This document shows positions 21,103 through 28,898 of a stretch of DNA of 64,000 nucleotides, one piece after another. Each line of letters begins with the position of its first letter. The stretch's first letter is position 1. The stretch lies in contig JBNKOC010000012.1 in assembly GCA_050294405.1 (NCBI GenBank), positions 552,091 through 616,090 on the forward strand, written 5' to 3'. The stretch is from Fibrobacteria bacterium. GTDB lineage: Bacteria; Fibrobacterota; Fibrobacteria; UBA11236; JADFYW01. Under the pieces are notes generated by a model, which was not told the origin of the DNA, searched no databases, and saw only the letters and a program-made list of their open reading frames with translations. Position numbers and translations under genes: made by a program.

Positions 21103-22245
21103 TTGAAAAGGACTTGGTGGAGCTTGCATAACGAAGAAAAAATAAAGGCTAGAAAGGCTCTTTTGGACAATGCGAGTAATATTGCCAGCAAATCTATTTT
21201 GATTGGCTTTGATGGCTTTGTGGATGAAATTATCCATGTTGTGGATACCCGCGAATCCAAAGACAATTTTTCCCGGGTTCAAACTATTGAAAGCCTTGGC
21301 AAACGTCTTTTATCTGCTGCCGGAAAGTCTGCTAACATAGAGCTTTTTCCCAAGTCCCAAAAAGTGGGAGGTAACGGGCCCTTAATGTCCATGGCCGCTT
21401 CGGGCGCTGGTTGCAAGGTCACTACCATTGGCGTATTAGGTTATCCGCAAATACAACCCGTATTTCAACCTCTTGCGGATGTATGCGATGTGATTTCCAT
21501 TGGCGTGCCAGGCCATACAGACGCTCTGGAATTCGCCGACGGAAAAATAATGTTGGGTAAAGTGGTGAGCCTTAATGATGTATGTTGGGATAGAATTTGC
21601 GAAGTTGTGGGAGAAGAAAAATTTTTGGATTTATTATTCAAACAAAACATGGTGGCCATTACCAATTGGACAATGTTATTGAATTTGGGAGAAATAATCG
21701 AAAAAATTACCGAGAAAATCACTCAAAAAAATCCTCCTATATTTTTCTTTGATTTCGCAGATCCCGAAAAACGCCTTAAATCCGAAATTAAAATCGCCCT
21801 GTCTCAGTTGAAAAAAATGAATGAAAAGGCCCCGGTTATTTTGGGTGTGAATTTAAGAGAAGCCGAGCAAATGAGTGAGGTTTTAGGACTTAGGGATCCC
21901 ATTGTAGATGGAGTGGCTGGGCTTGAAAAGCTCTCTCAAAGACTAAAAGAAGCTATGGGAATTCACGGCGTGGTTGTGCATTCCGTCTCTTTTGCAGGCG
22001 CTTGCGTGGGCGATGAAAATACCGCAGTTGAAGGTCCTTTTTGCCAAAACCCCCTTATTACTACAGGTGCAGGAGATCATTTTAATGGAGGCTTTTGCGC
22101 TGCTCTTATTTCCGGCATCGACTTAAAATCTGTATTGTACACAGGGGTGGCCACCTCCGGATGGTACGTGCGCAATGGAGGGCCCAGTCCCAGTCTTGAA
22201 AATACCGCCGAACTGCTTTTGCAGTGGAGCGAGAACGCAATCTAA
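21103..22245 (+). CDS. PfkB/ribokinase-fold carbohydrate kinase-like protein
   Basis: C-terminal GAGD anion-hole motif (TTGAGDHFNGGFCAAL). The substrate is unknown. Confidence 0.5.
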   Translation: MKRTWWSLHNEEKIKARKALLDNASNIASKSILIGFDGFVDEIIHVVDTRESKDNFSRVQTIESLGKRLLSAAGKSANIELFPKSQKVGGNGPLMSMAASGAGCKVTTIGVLGYPQIQPVFQPLADVCDVISIGVPGHTDALEFADGKIMLGKVVSLNDVCWDRICEVVGEEKFLDLLFKQNMVAITNWTMLLNLGEIIEKITEKITQKNPPIFFFDFADPEKRLKSEIKIALSQLKKMNEKAPVILGVNLREAEQMSEVLGLRDPIVDGVAGLEKLSQRLKEAMGIHGVVVHSVSFAGACVGDENTAVEGPFCQNPLITTGAGDHFNGGFCAALISGIDLKSVLYTGVATSGWYVRNGGPSPSLENTAELLLQWSENAI

Positions 22246-22273
22246 TTTCCCAAAGGTCCAATTTTAGCCTAAA

Positions 22274-22290
22274 CTCTTGAAATTCAAGAG
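22274..22290. promoter_or_regulatory. Perfect 8-1-8 palindrome CTCTTGAA-A-TTCAAGAG upstream of the Na+/solute symporter gene (candidate operator)
   Basis: Read directly from the sequence, about 95 nt upstream of the ATG at 22383. Confidence 0.3.
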
Positions 22291-22382
22291 GTTAATGGGG
22301 TATTATCAAAATCCCTGATGGAATTACATGCCTTAAATTTTGGTTATGAAGCCAGCTTCCAATTGGCAATGGGGGTGAATAT

Positions 22383-23993
22383 ATGAACCCTTTAGATTGG
22401 TTAATAGTGATATGCTATTTGGCTGGTATGATAGCGCTAAGTTTTTATCTGGCCCGGGGACAAAAAAATATCAAGGACTATTACCTCGCGGGCAACACCA
22501 CAAAATGGTGGCAAATTTCACTATCCACCATGGCCACCCAATGCAGTACCAATAGTCTTTTAGGGGCACCGGCCTTTGTTGGCTTTGCGGCTCTGGGAGG
22601 GTTGGTTTGGCTCCAGTATGAGTTAGCTGTGCCCTTGGCCATGATTTTTATCATGATATTTTTATTTCCCTTTTACAGGAAGGCCGGGGTAGTCAGTATT
22701 TACGAGTACCTTGAGCTTCGCTTTGGACCTGCCACCAGAACAGTGCTTAGTTTATTGTTTCAATTCCTACGGGCTTTCTCTACTGGAATCACTGTGTATG
22801 GAATTTCCCTGGTTATTTCAGAGGTTATTTCCCAACCCATATGGATTAGTGTGGGCCTTATTTTTGTAGTGACCATTATTTACGATTCCATTGGGGGTAT
22901 GAAGGGTGTCATTATCTCAGATGTGATTCAGATGTTTGTATTGGTAATTGGAATAATCATTATTGGAGTTTACGCCATAATGGATGTGGGAGGCTTCGGG
23001 GAAATTTTAAAAAATGTGGATCCTTCCAGATTAAAAGCCATTGACTTTTCCAAACACGGTTTCGGAGATGGCGGAAAGTTTTCGTTTTGGCCCATGTTAT
23101 TGGGAGGGTTTTTTCTGTATGTATCCTATTACGGCTGCGATCAAACCCAGGTGCAAAGGGAACTTTCTTCCCGCAGCATAGATGATTCCAGGCGTTCGCT
23201 TTTTCTCAATGGAATTTTACGTTTTCCGCTGGTTTTGATGTATTGTTTTTTGGGGATTGGAATAGCTGCCTTTGCCGCTAAAAACCCTGAATTTATAGGC
23301 AGTATTCCCGTGGAAAATGGAGTGGCTAACCATAACATGGTGGTTCCTGCTTTTGTATTTCAATATTTGCCTCACGGGATAATCGGACTAATCGTTGTGG
23401 CTCTTTTTTCGGCAGCCATGTCCAGTTTGGATTCCACTATAAATTCTCTGAGCGCCACCACCATGAAGGATTTTTACCAAAGATTTATAAACCCCAACTT
23501 AAGCCCTGCCGAAGAATTAAAGTGGTCTAAATACACCACCTTTTTTTGGGGATTGTTTTGCACAGTATGTGTTTACTTCGTGAGTTCGGGAGAATCTATT
23601 ATTGCCCAGATAAACAAAATAGGTTCTCTTATCAATGGTCCCATATTGGGGACTTTTTTATTGGCCATATTTACCAAGCGGGCTGTGGATAAAGGGGTTG
23701 TACTGGGTATTCTGGCGGGTTTTTTGACCAACTTGTTATTGATGAACCTTGCTCCCGGAATTTCTTTTTTCTGGTGGAATCCAATTGGTTTTGCTATGAC
23801 CTTTGGTGTTGGGTATTTAACAAGCCTGATGTTTTCTGCTCCAGAGGAAGAAAAACTAAATGGCCTTACTTTGGATAAAAGCACTATTCACATAGCACTG
23901 GGGGATAGGCGTTGGTATAAAGTGTATTGGAGTCTAGGCGGGTATTTTGTTTTTATACTGGTAGTACTTCTATTTATAAATTCCCTCTCATAA
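22383..23993 (+). CDS. Sodium:solute symporter family (SSS) transporter
   Basis: 536 aa with about 13 hydrophobic helices. SSS-like regions are present (...GGMKGVIISDVIQMF..., ...YYGCDQTQVQR...). Confidence 0.75.
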   Translation: MNPLDWLIVICYLAGMIALSFYLARGQKNIKDYYLAGNTTKWWQISLSTMATQCSTNSLLGAPAFVGFAALGGLVWLQYELAVPLAMIFIMIFLFPFYRKAGVVSIYEYLELRFGPATRTVLSLLFQFLRAFSTGITVYGISLVISEVISQPIWISVGLIFVVTIIYDSIGGMKGVIISDVIQMFVLVIGIIIIGVYAIMDVGGFGEILKNVDPSRLKAIDFSKHGFGDGGKFSFWPMLLGGFFLYVSYYGCDQTQVQRELSSRSIDDSRRSLFLNGILRFPLVLMYCFLGIGIAAFAAKNPEFIGSIPVENGVANHNMVVPAFVFQYLPHGIIGLIVVALFSAAMSSLDSTINSLSATTMKDFYQRFINPNLSPAEELKWSKYTTFFWGLFCTVCVYFVSSGESIIAQINKIGSLINGPILGTFLLAIFTKRAVDKGVVLGILAGFLTNLLLMNLAPGISFFWWNPIGFAMTFGVGYLTSLMFSAPEEEKLNGLTLDKSTIHIALGDRRWYKVYWSLGGYFVFILVVLLFINSLS

Positions 23994-24014
23994 AGGCATT
24001 TTAAGGGCCAGTTT

Positions 24015-24839
24015 TTACCTTGTAGTTGCAGCTCTGTTCCCAAGTCCCAGTCTGCAGCGAATAATTGAGGCGCCGAACTCGCGCAATGGCCGTGTTCCAA
24101 GGAGTTTGATTCCTCGTATGGGAACGGCCTCCAGTTTCTCCAACGTAAACGGACTGTCCTCCACAATTTTTTCGAACTTGGCAATGGTCATCTGGTTAAG
24201 GCCGCCCTCCACTTCGGAAAACCTGGTAGCCTCATCTTTTTTAAAATCAGATCGCCAACGTATAAGGGCTTTTTCTGTGAAAATCAAATGGGCCCACGGG
24301 AAAATGGAAAATAAATGACCGCCCCGAGGATGGAGCCATGTGGGGCCAAAAGAGGCGAGAACTACGCCCCCCGGACGCAAAAGTTTACGCATTTTTCCCA
24401 GAACAGCTGCGGGATTGGAGAAATGTTCAAAAGCATCCTTACTGACAATGATTTCCGTAGCTTCATCCGTTTCTCTCACGAATTCGCAGCGATCTTCCAC
24501 ACCTGATTCCTTTGCTTGGTTTGTGGCGAATTCAAGCCTTTTCTCCTGAATATCAAGGCCTATCACTTTGGCCGCACCCATTTTCACCATTTCCAGGGCC
24601 TCACGCCCCTCTCCACATCCGAATTCGATTACGGATTTTCCCTGGATAATATCAAAAAAATCTTCTCCGAAAAAATGCAGTAACTCTTCGCTAACCCCAG
24701 CTTCGGGGACGCTATTATTTGAAGCTTCCCGGACAAGCCGCCCTTCTTTTGGGGCTATTTTCCGCAAGATCCGATAACCCAGTTTGCCACCCAAAAATCC
24801 CATAAAGATCAATGTAGCCAAGCCCATTGCAAAACCCAA
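24015..24839 (-). CDS. Class I SAM-dependent methyltransferase with N-terminal TM anchor (last gene of the rSAM operon)
   Basis: Motif I VIEFGCGEGREALEMVKMGAAKVIGLDI and motif II/post-I regions. N-terminal hydrophobic segment MGFAMGLATLIFMGFLGG. Confidence 0.7.
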   Translation of the reverse strand: MGFAMGLATLIFMGFLGGKLGYRILRKIAPKEGRLVREASNNSVPEAGVSEELLHFFGEDFFDIIQGKSVIEFGCGEGREALEMVKMGAAKVIGLDIQEKRLEFATNQAKESGVEDRCEFVRETDEATEIIVSKDAFEHFSNPAAVLGKMRKLLRPGGVVLASFGPTWLHPRGGHLFSIFPWAHLIFTEKALIRWRSDFKKDEATRFSEVEGGLNQMTIAKFEKIVEDSPFTLEKLEAVPIRGIKLLGTRPLREFGASIIRCRLGLGNRAATTR

Positions 24840-24876
24840 GCAAATGTATTTTCTTCAAAGATTTCAGCTTTAAAAG

Positions 24877-25977
24877 TTAGGCGCTATATTTCTTTAATTC
24901 TTCGAAAACTTCGTGCTGGATTTCCGAACGTTCACAAGCTTCGCTGGAAGCTCCATAAAAGTCGCCATCTACTTTTTCAGCCAGTGCTGGGCAGCGACCG
25001 CAATAACTTTGGTGCCCGCAAGAAGAGCATTCGCTTAAAGAGTCTAAGCTAACAGCTCTGGCTTTTAAAAATTCAGGAGAACTTTCCCAAATGTTCTTTA
25101 AACTGTTTTCCAGTAAGTTCCCCGCAGAATGTTTTTGCTGAATGCAGGAATACACTTCCCCATAAGGATTAATAGTTAAAAATAAAATTCCCGCATTACA
25201 TTGAAGTTGGTAATCGCAAAAATTTTCCCGAACCAATTTATTTTGCGCATCTAAATCGTTTAAAGGGTTTTCGCTAATATGGTAAACATCGGGATTTGAA
25301 TATACTTGCTTTAGTTGTTCTCTGCTTAGTTTTTCGTTAAGCACAGATGTGTCATTTCCATTGGCGGGCATTATGGTTGTGTCATAGTGACATACGGCTC
25401 CATAGCCTTCCACCAGGCTTTTTACTTTTTCGTAGTCTTTAAAATTTCTCTTCATGATTAAACATTTGACCCGGGTATGTAGCTGGGCATCATGGAGTAG
25501 GGCCAAGGCCTTTAAGGTGGCGGTATGGGAGCCTTTTTGTTTAGCGATTTCATCATGTACTTCAGGATGGATGGAAAATAAAGTCAGGCTTACTTCCAGA
25601 ACTCCCATTTTTTTTAAAAATTGCGCCCGTTCTGTAGTTAACATGGTTCCATTGGTAAATACATTAAGGGCAAAACCCAGGTTTTTGGCTTTTTCTAAAA
25701 TAAGTTCGAAATCCGGATGGCTATATACTTCTCCTCCAGTAAGAGTCAGGTGTAAAACTCCCAAGTTTGCCAATTGTTGCATGGCATTGATGATTTGCGC
25801 AGTGCTTAGTTCTTGTTTTTTCTGGTGATGGTTAAAACAGTGAAAACATTTTAAATTGCATTTGTAAGTCAATTCTATTAACGCGCTGTATGGTTTGTTT
25901 TGGGCCCTATATAACTGGCCCACTTCATCCATCAATGAAAATGATGCATCCATAGTTTTATTATACCAAGGAGCCAA
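24877..25977 (-). CDS. Radical SAM enzyme with C-terminal SPASM domain (peptide-modifying maturase-like), copy 2
   Basis: CNLKCFHCFN (CxxxCxxC) near the N-terminus. C-terminal Cys cluster ...CSSCGHQSYCGRCPALAE... (auxiliary Fe-S, SPASM). Confidence 0.85.
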   Translation of the reverse strand: MAPWYNKTMDASFSLMDEVGQLYRAQNKPYSALIELTYKCNLKCFHCFNHHQKKQELSTAQIINAMQQLANLGVLHLTLTGGEVYSHPDFELILEKAKNLGFALNVFTNGTMLTTERAQFLKKMGVLEVSLTLFSIHPEVHDEIAKQKGSHTATLKALALLHDAQLHTRVKCLIMKRNFKDYEKVKSLVEGYGAVCHYDTTIMPANGNDTSVLNEKLSREQLKQVYSNPDVYHISENPLNDLDAQNKLVRENFCDYQLQCNAGILFLTINPYGEVYSCIQQKHSAGNLLENSLKNIWESSPEFLKARAVSLDSLSECSSCGHQSYCGRCPALAEKVDGDFYGASSEACERSEIQHEVFEELKKYSA

Positions 25978-25985
25978 ATACGAAG

Positions 25986-26276
25986 CTAGCTGGCAGAAAC
26001 CTCAATTAATCCTTTTTCGGCAATTTCGCTAATAAAGCCCTGTATATCGTTGCTAGCGGTGTGGGCATCTGTGTCGTAAAGTTCGCAAATATCCTCGACA
26101 ATACTGGCCATAGTTTTTTTTCCGCCCTCAAGGCTTTTCCATATGGCAACGGCACTGTGGTTGAGACGATGTACCTGATTGGATTTTGGGGTGATGGCGA
26201 TTAGGTATTCTCCCAAATACCTCCAGGCAATGTCAGGGTTGCGGTGGATGTAAGATTTTAAGTTCATTTTTTCCAT
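25986..26276 (-). CDS. PqqD-family protein (RiPP recognition element / peptide chaperone)
   Basis: 96 aa; ...YLIAITPKSNQVHRLNHSAVAIWKSLEGGKKTMASIVEDICELYDTDAHTASNDIQGFISEIAEKGLI fits the PqqD/RRE pattern (v..LN.tA..IW.l.dG..t..eI...l...Y.v......D...F...L...gLi). Confidence 0.75.
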   Translation of the reverse strand: MEKMNLKSYIHRNPDIAWRYLGEYLIAITPKSNQVHRLNHSAVAIWKSLEGGKKTMASIVEDICELYDTDAHTASNDIQGFISEIAEKGLIEVSAS

Positions 26277-26288
26277 GTTATATCCAGG

Positions 26289-27380
26289 TTAGGATTTATT
26301 TCCCTTAATATATATTTCTTCCAATACCCCTGCTTCCATGCATGTCCAGGGCTCGGAGCCTGTATATTTTCCAGTGTTCGCATAGATAGAACCAGAGCTG
26401 CGCCTGCAATAGGCTTTCTGGGGACATTCCCGGCAGTCTTCAAAATCTTTAAGCTCAAGTCCCCGAATCTTATTTAGTACAGGAGAGTTGTGCCATATTT
26501 CTTTAAAACTTTTTTTGCGCAAATTTCCCGAGGGAATAGGCGCTCCTATACAGGGATAAACTTCTCCGAACGCAGATATGCCGCACATTCCCCTGGCGCA
26601 GCTGCATTGCACCGAGGCATCGGGGTCTTTATCTGGTTGCGGCAAATAAGAATGTAAACTGTTGCTATATAACTCCATAAGCTCTTCACGATTTAACCTA
26701 TTGTCCAAAGAGGAATCCGTGCCGTCATAGCGGGCGGTTATTTGGGGGTTTAAGTTAAAGCTTACAGAGAGCTCGTTGCACAATTCCATGAAAGCATCCA
26801 CTTCAGCGAAATTTCGATTGGTGATAACATAATTTATCCGGCAAAATAAACCCTGCTTTTTGCACTCCCCAATTCCAGCAATAATTTTTTCAAAAGAGCC
26901 TGGCACCCGGGTTAAATGATCATGGCTATTTGCCTGGGCTCCATATAAACTTATTTCCAACCCAAATATTCCCGCCTCTTTTAACCGTTTTACCATATTT
27001 GGATTAAGAAGCATGCCATTGGTTTTTAAATAAACAGCCATATTTTTTTGCCGTATATGCCTGACAATATCAAAAAAGCCGGGATGTACTAATGCTTCGC
27101 CACCTGTAAGGGTAATTTCCAGTGCGCCTTCCTCGTACAGCTCATCTATTATATTTGAAATTTCCAAAACGCTCAGCTGCGCTTGTGGAAAAACTTTTTC
27201 TTTGGGGAGGGCTCTGTCAAAGTTATAGCAATGTTGGCATTTAAAATTGCAATCTACGGTAATTTCAAAGGTAATGTGCAGAGGGATGTTATTTTCTTCC
27301 ACCCATTTTCTGGTGGCTATTGAAAGTTCCCCCTGAGGTGAAAAATTACTGTTGCCAATTCCTCCGTAGCTGTTAGCCAT
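26289..27380 (-). CDS. Radical SAM enzyme with C-terminal SPASM domain, copy 1 (first gene of the minus-strand operon)
   Basis: CNFKCQHCYN (CxxxCxxC). C-terminal ...CSCARGMCG...CRECPQKAYCRRSSG... Cys-rich SPASM-like region. Confidence 0.85.
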   Translation of the reverse strand: MANSYGGIGNSNFSPQGELSIATRKWVEENNIPLHITFEITVDCNFKCQHCYNFDRALPKEKVFPQAQLSVLEISNIIDELYEEGALEITLTGGEALVHPGFFDIVRHIRQKNMAVYLKTNGMLLNPNMVKRLKEAGIFGLEISLYGAQANSHDHLTRVPGSFEKIIAGIGECKKQGLFCRINYVITNRNFAEVDAFMELCNELSVSFNLNPQITARYDGTDSSLDNRLNREELMELYSNSLHSYLPQPDKDPDASVQCSCARGMCGISAFGEVYPCIGAPIPSGNLRKKSFKEIWHNSPVLNKIRGLELKDFEDCRECPQKAYCRRSSGSIYANTGKYTGSEPWTCMEAGVLEEIYIKGNKS

Positions 27381-27445
27381 AATGAAGTTTATAATACCTT
27401 TTTTTAAAATAGGGACAAAGCGAAAATTATTTTTAGTTTAAAGCC

Positions 27446-28264
27446 ATGGAAAATCAAAAGCCTAAGGGGTTCCTCCTTCTTTTAGAAATTGCAGGTTTAC
27501 GCTGTGTCTTGAGCTTAAAAAACAAGAAACTTTTAACTGCCATAGAACGCCGATATAAAGGTTATTTAAAAAGCCCCGCAAAATATAAGGCTCATTTTAG
27601 TTTGGAAATTTCCACCAGTGTGAGGCATTTTTCCAGAAGCATGAAGCCAAAAATTATTTCCCTGGATGGGGAAAACGACTCCCTGTTAAAAAGGAGAGAT
27701 TTTGAAGCTAATATTAAAAATAAGAGCGTAAAAGCATCTATACATCCCTCCATATTCTCACTGGATGCACTAATTAGAATTTTATGGGCAGGGTTTTTGC
27801 CAAAACATAACGGCCTTTTGTTGCATTCTTCGGCCATTGTGCAGCACAAAAAGGCTTATATATTTTCAGGTAAATCCGGTGCTGGAAAAACCACTATTTC
27901 CCGTTTGTCCGGGGGGCAAATTTTAAATGATGAAATTGTGGCTTTGTGTAAAAACAACACCGGAAAATGGAAAGTATGGGGAACCCCATTTTGGGGGGAA
28001 ATGGGAAGCGGCCCCCACTATCCCAAAGGATATCCATTGGGCCAACTATATTTTATAAACAAAAGCAAAAAAAACTTTGTGGAAGATTTAAGCCCAATGG
28101 AATCCCTGGCTCCCCTTATGAAAGTGATTTGCTTTTTTGAATCTGCCACAAATTCAACTCAGCAGCTTTTAAACTTGGCTTTGATTTTCTTGGGTAGCCA
28201 TCCTCCAAAGATGTTATTCTTTGATAAAAGTCCCGAATATTTAAAGCTGCTTAAAGGCAGATAA
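27446..28264 (+). CDS. HPr-kinase-related P-loop protein (HprK C-terminal-domain-like kinase, as seen in some RiPP/lasso-peptide clusters)
   Basis: Walker-A-like FSGKSGAGKTTIS in the position expected for the HprK/P C-terminal domain. It lies divergent from the rSAM operon. The family assignment comes from motif and context only. Confidence 0.5.
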   Translation: MENQKPKGFLLLLEIAGLRCVLSLKNKKLLTAIERRYKGYLKSPAKYKAHFSLEISTSVRHFSRSMKPKIISLDGENDSLLKRRDFEANIKNKSVKASIHPSIFSLDALIRILWAGFLPKHNGLLLHSSAIVQHKKAYIFSGKSGAGKTTISRLSGGQILNDEIVALCKNNTGKWKVWGTPFWGEMGSGPHYPKGYPLGQLYFINKSKKNFVEDLSPMESLAPLMKVICFFESATNSTQQLLNLALIFLGSHPPKMLFFDKSPEYLKLLKGR

Positions 28265-28280
28265 AAAAAACTAGCCCATT

Positions 28281-28703
28281 ATGGAACTCCGCCAAAAAAA
28301 AGCATTGGAACTGGCTCTCCAGGAATTTGGGGAGTCTTGGGTAAAGCTTGGAGGCTGGAGCATGTGGCCTTTTATTAGGAACGGGGATGAGGTCCTTTTA
28401 AAACCTTTGGCAAAAAAAAACATGTCGGGACGGATTGTAGGGTATTTTGCAGGGAATCAGCTAATTGTGCATCGGGTGCTGCGGGAAGAGTGGCGGGAAA
28501 ATGGCTTGTGTTTTATGGTGGAAGGGGATTTTAATCCAAATTCTGCTGTTTGGATAAATTCTTGCGATTGTCTCGGGCAAGTGGTGCGAATCCGTAGAAA
28601 TGGACAGCTTTTGCCTAAATTTTTTGCTGGGCGGCTTTTTGCCTTTCCCCGAATATTTAGCTATTTGGTGAAAGCTTTTAAAAAGACTCCAAAAGCCCAA
28701 TAG
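28281..28703 (+). CDS. S24/S26-like serine peptidase domain protein (candidate leader peptidase)
   Basis: 140 aa; ...LGGWSMWPFIRNGDEVLLKP... resembles the GDSM-P..-GD motif of signal-peptidase/LexA-type peptidases (Ser nucleophile; the general base is not confidently placed). Confidence 0.45.
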   Translation: MELRQKKALELALQEFGESWVKLGGWSMWPFIRNGDEVLLKPLAKKNMSGRIVGYFAGNQLIVHRVLREEWRENGLCFMVEGDFNPNSAVWINSCDCLGQVVRIRRNGQLLPKFFAGRLFAFPRIFSYLVKAFKKTPKAQ

Positions 28704-28719
28704 CCTCTTCGGCCACTCC

Positions 28720-28748
28720 TTGAAACCCGTTGCCGCCCGTGGTATAAT
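28720..28748 (+). promoter_or_regulatory. Near-consensus sigma-70-type promoter TTGAAA-N17-TATAAT, about 150 nt upstream of the PQQ-repeat gene
   Basis: TTGAAA at 28720-28725, a 17-nt spacer, and TATAAT at 28743-28748. Confidence 0.4.
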
Positions 28749-28898
28749 AAGTCAGTAGTTGAAATCCCGTTTTAATTTTAAGGCAGCATATAATCAAAAA
28801 ATATCGGGACTGAAAAGTTTTGTTTCAAAAGGAATGAATAACATAAGTACAGGACCAAAATGTCAGGAAAGTCACATTAGCCTATTAAATAACATCAG

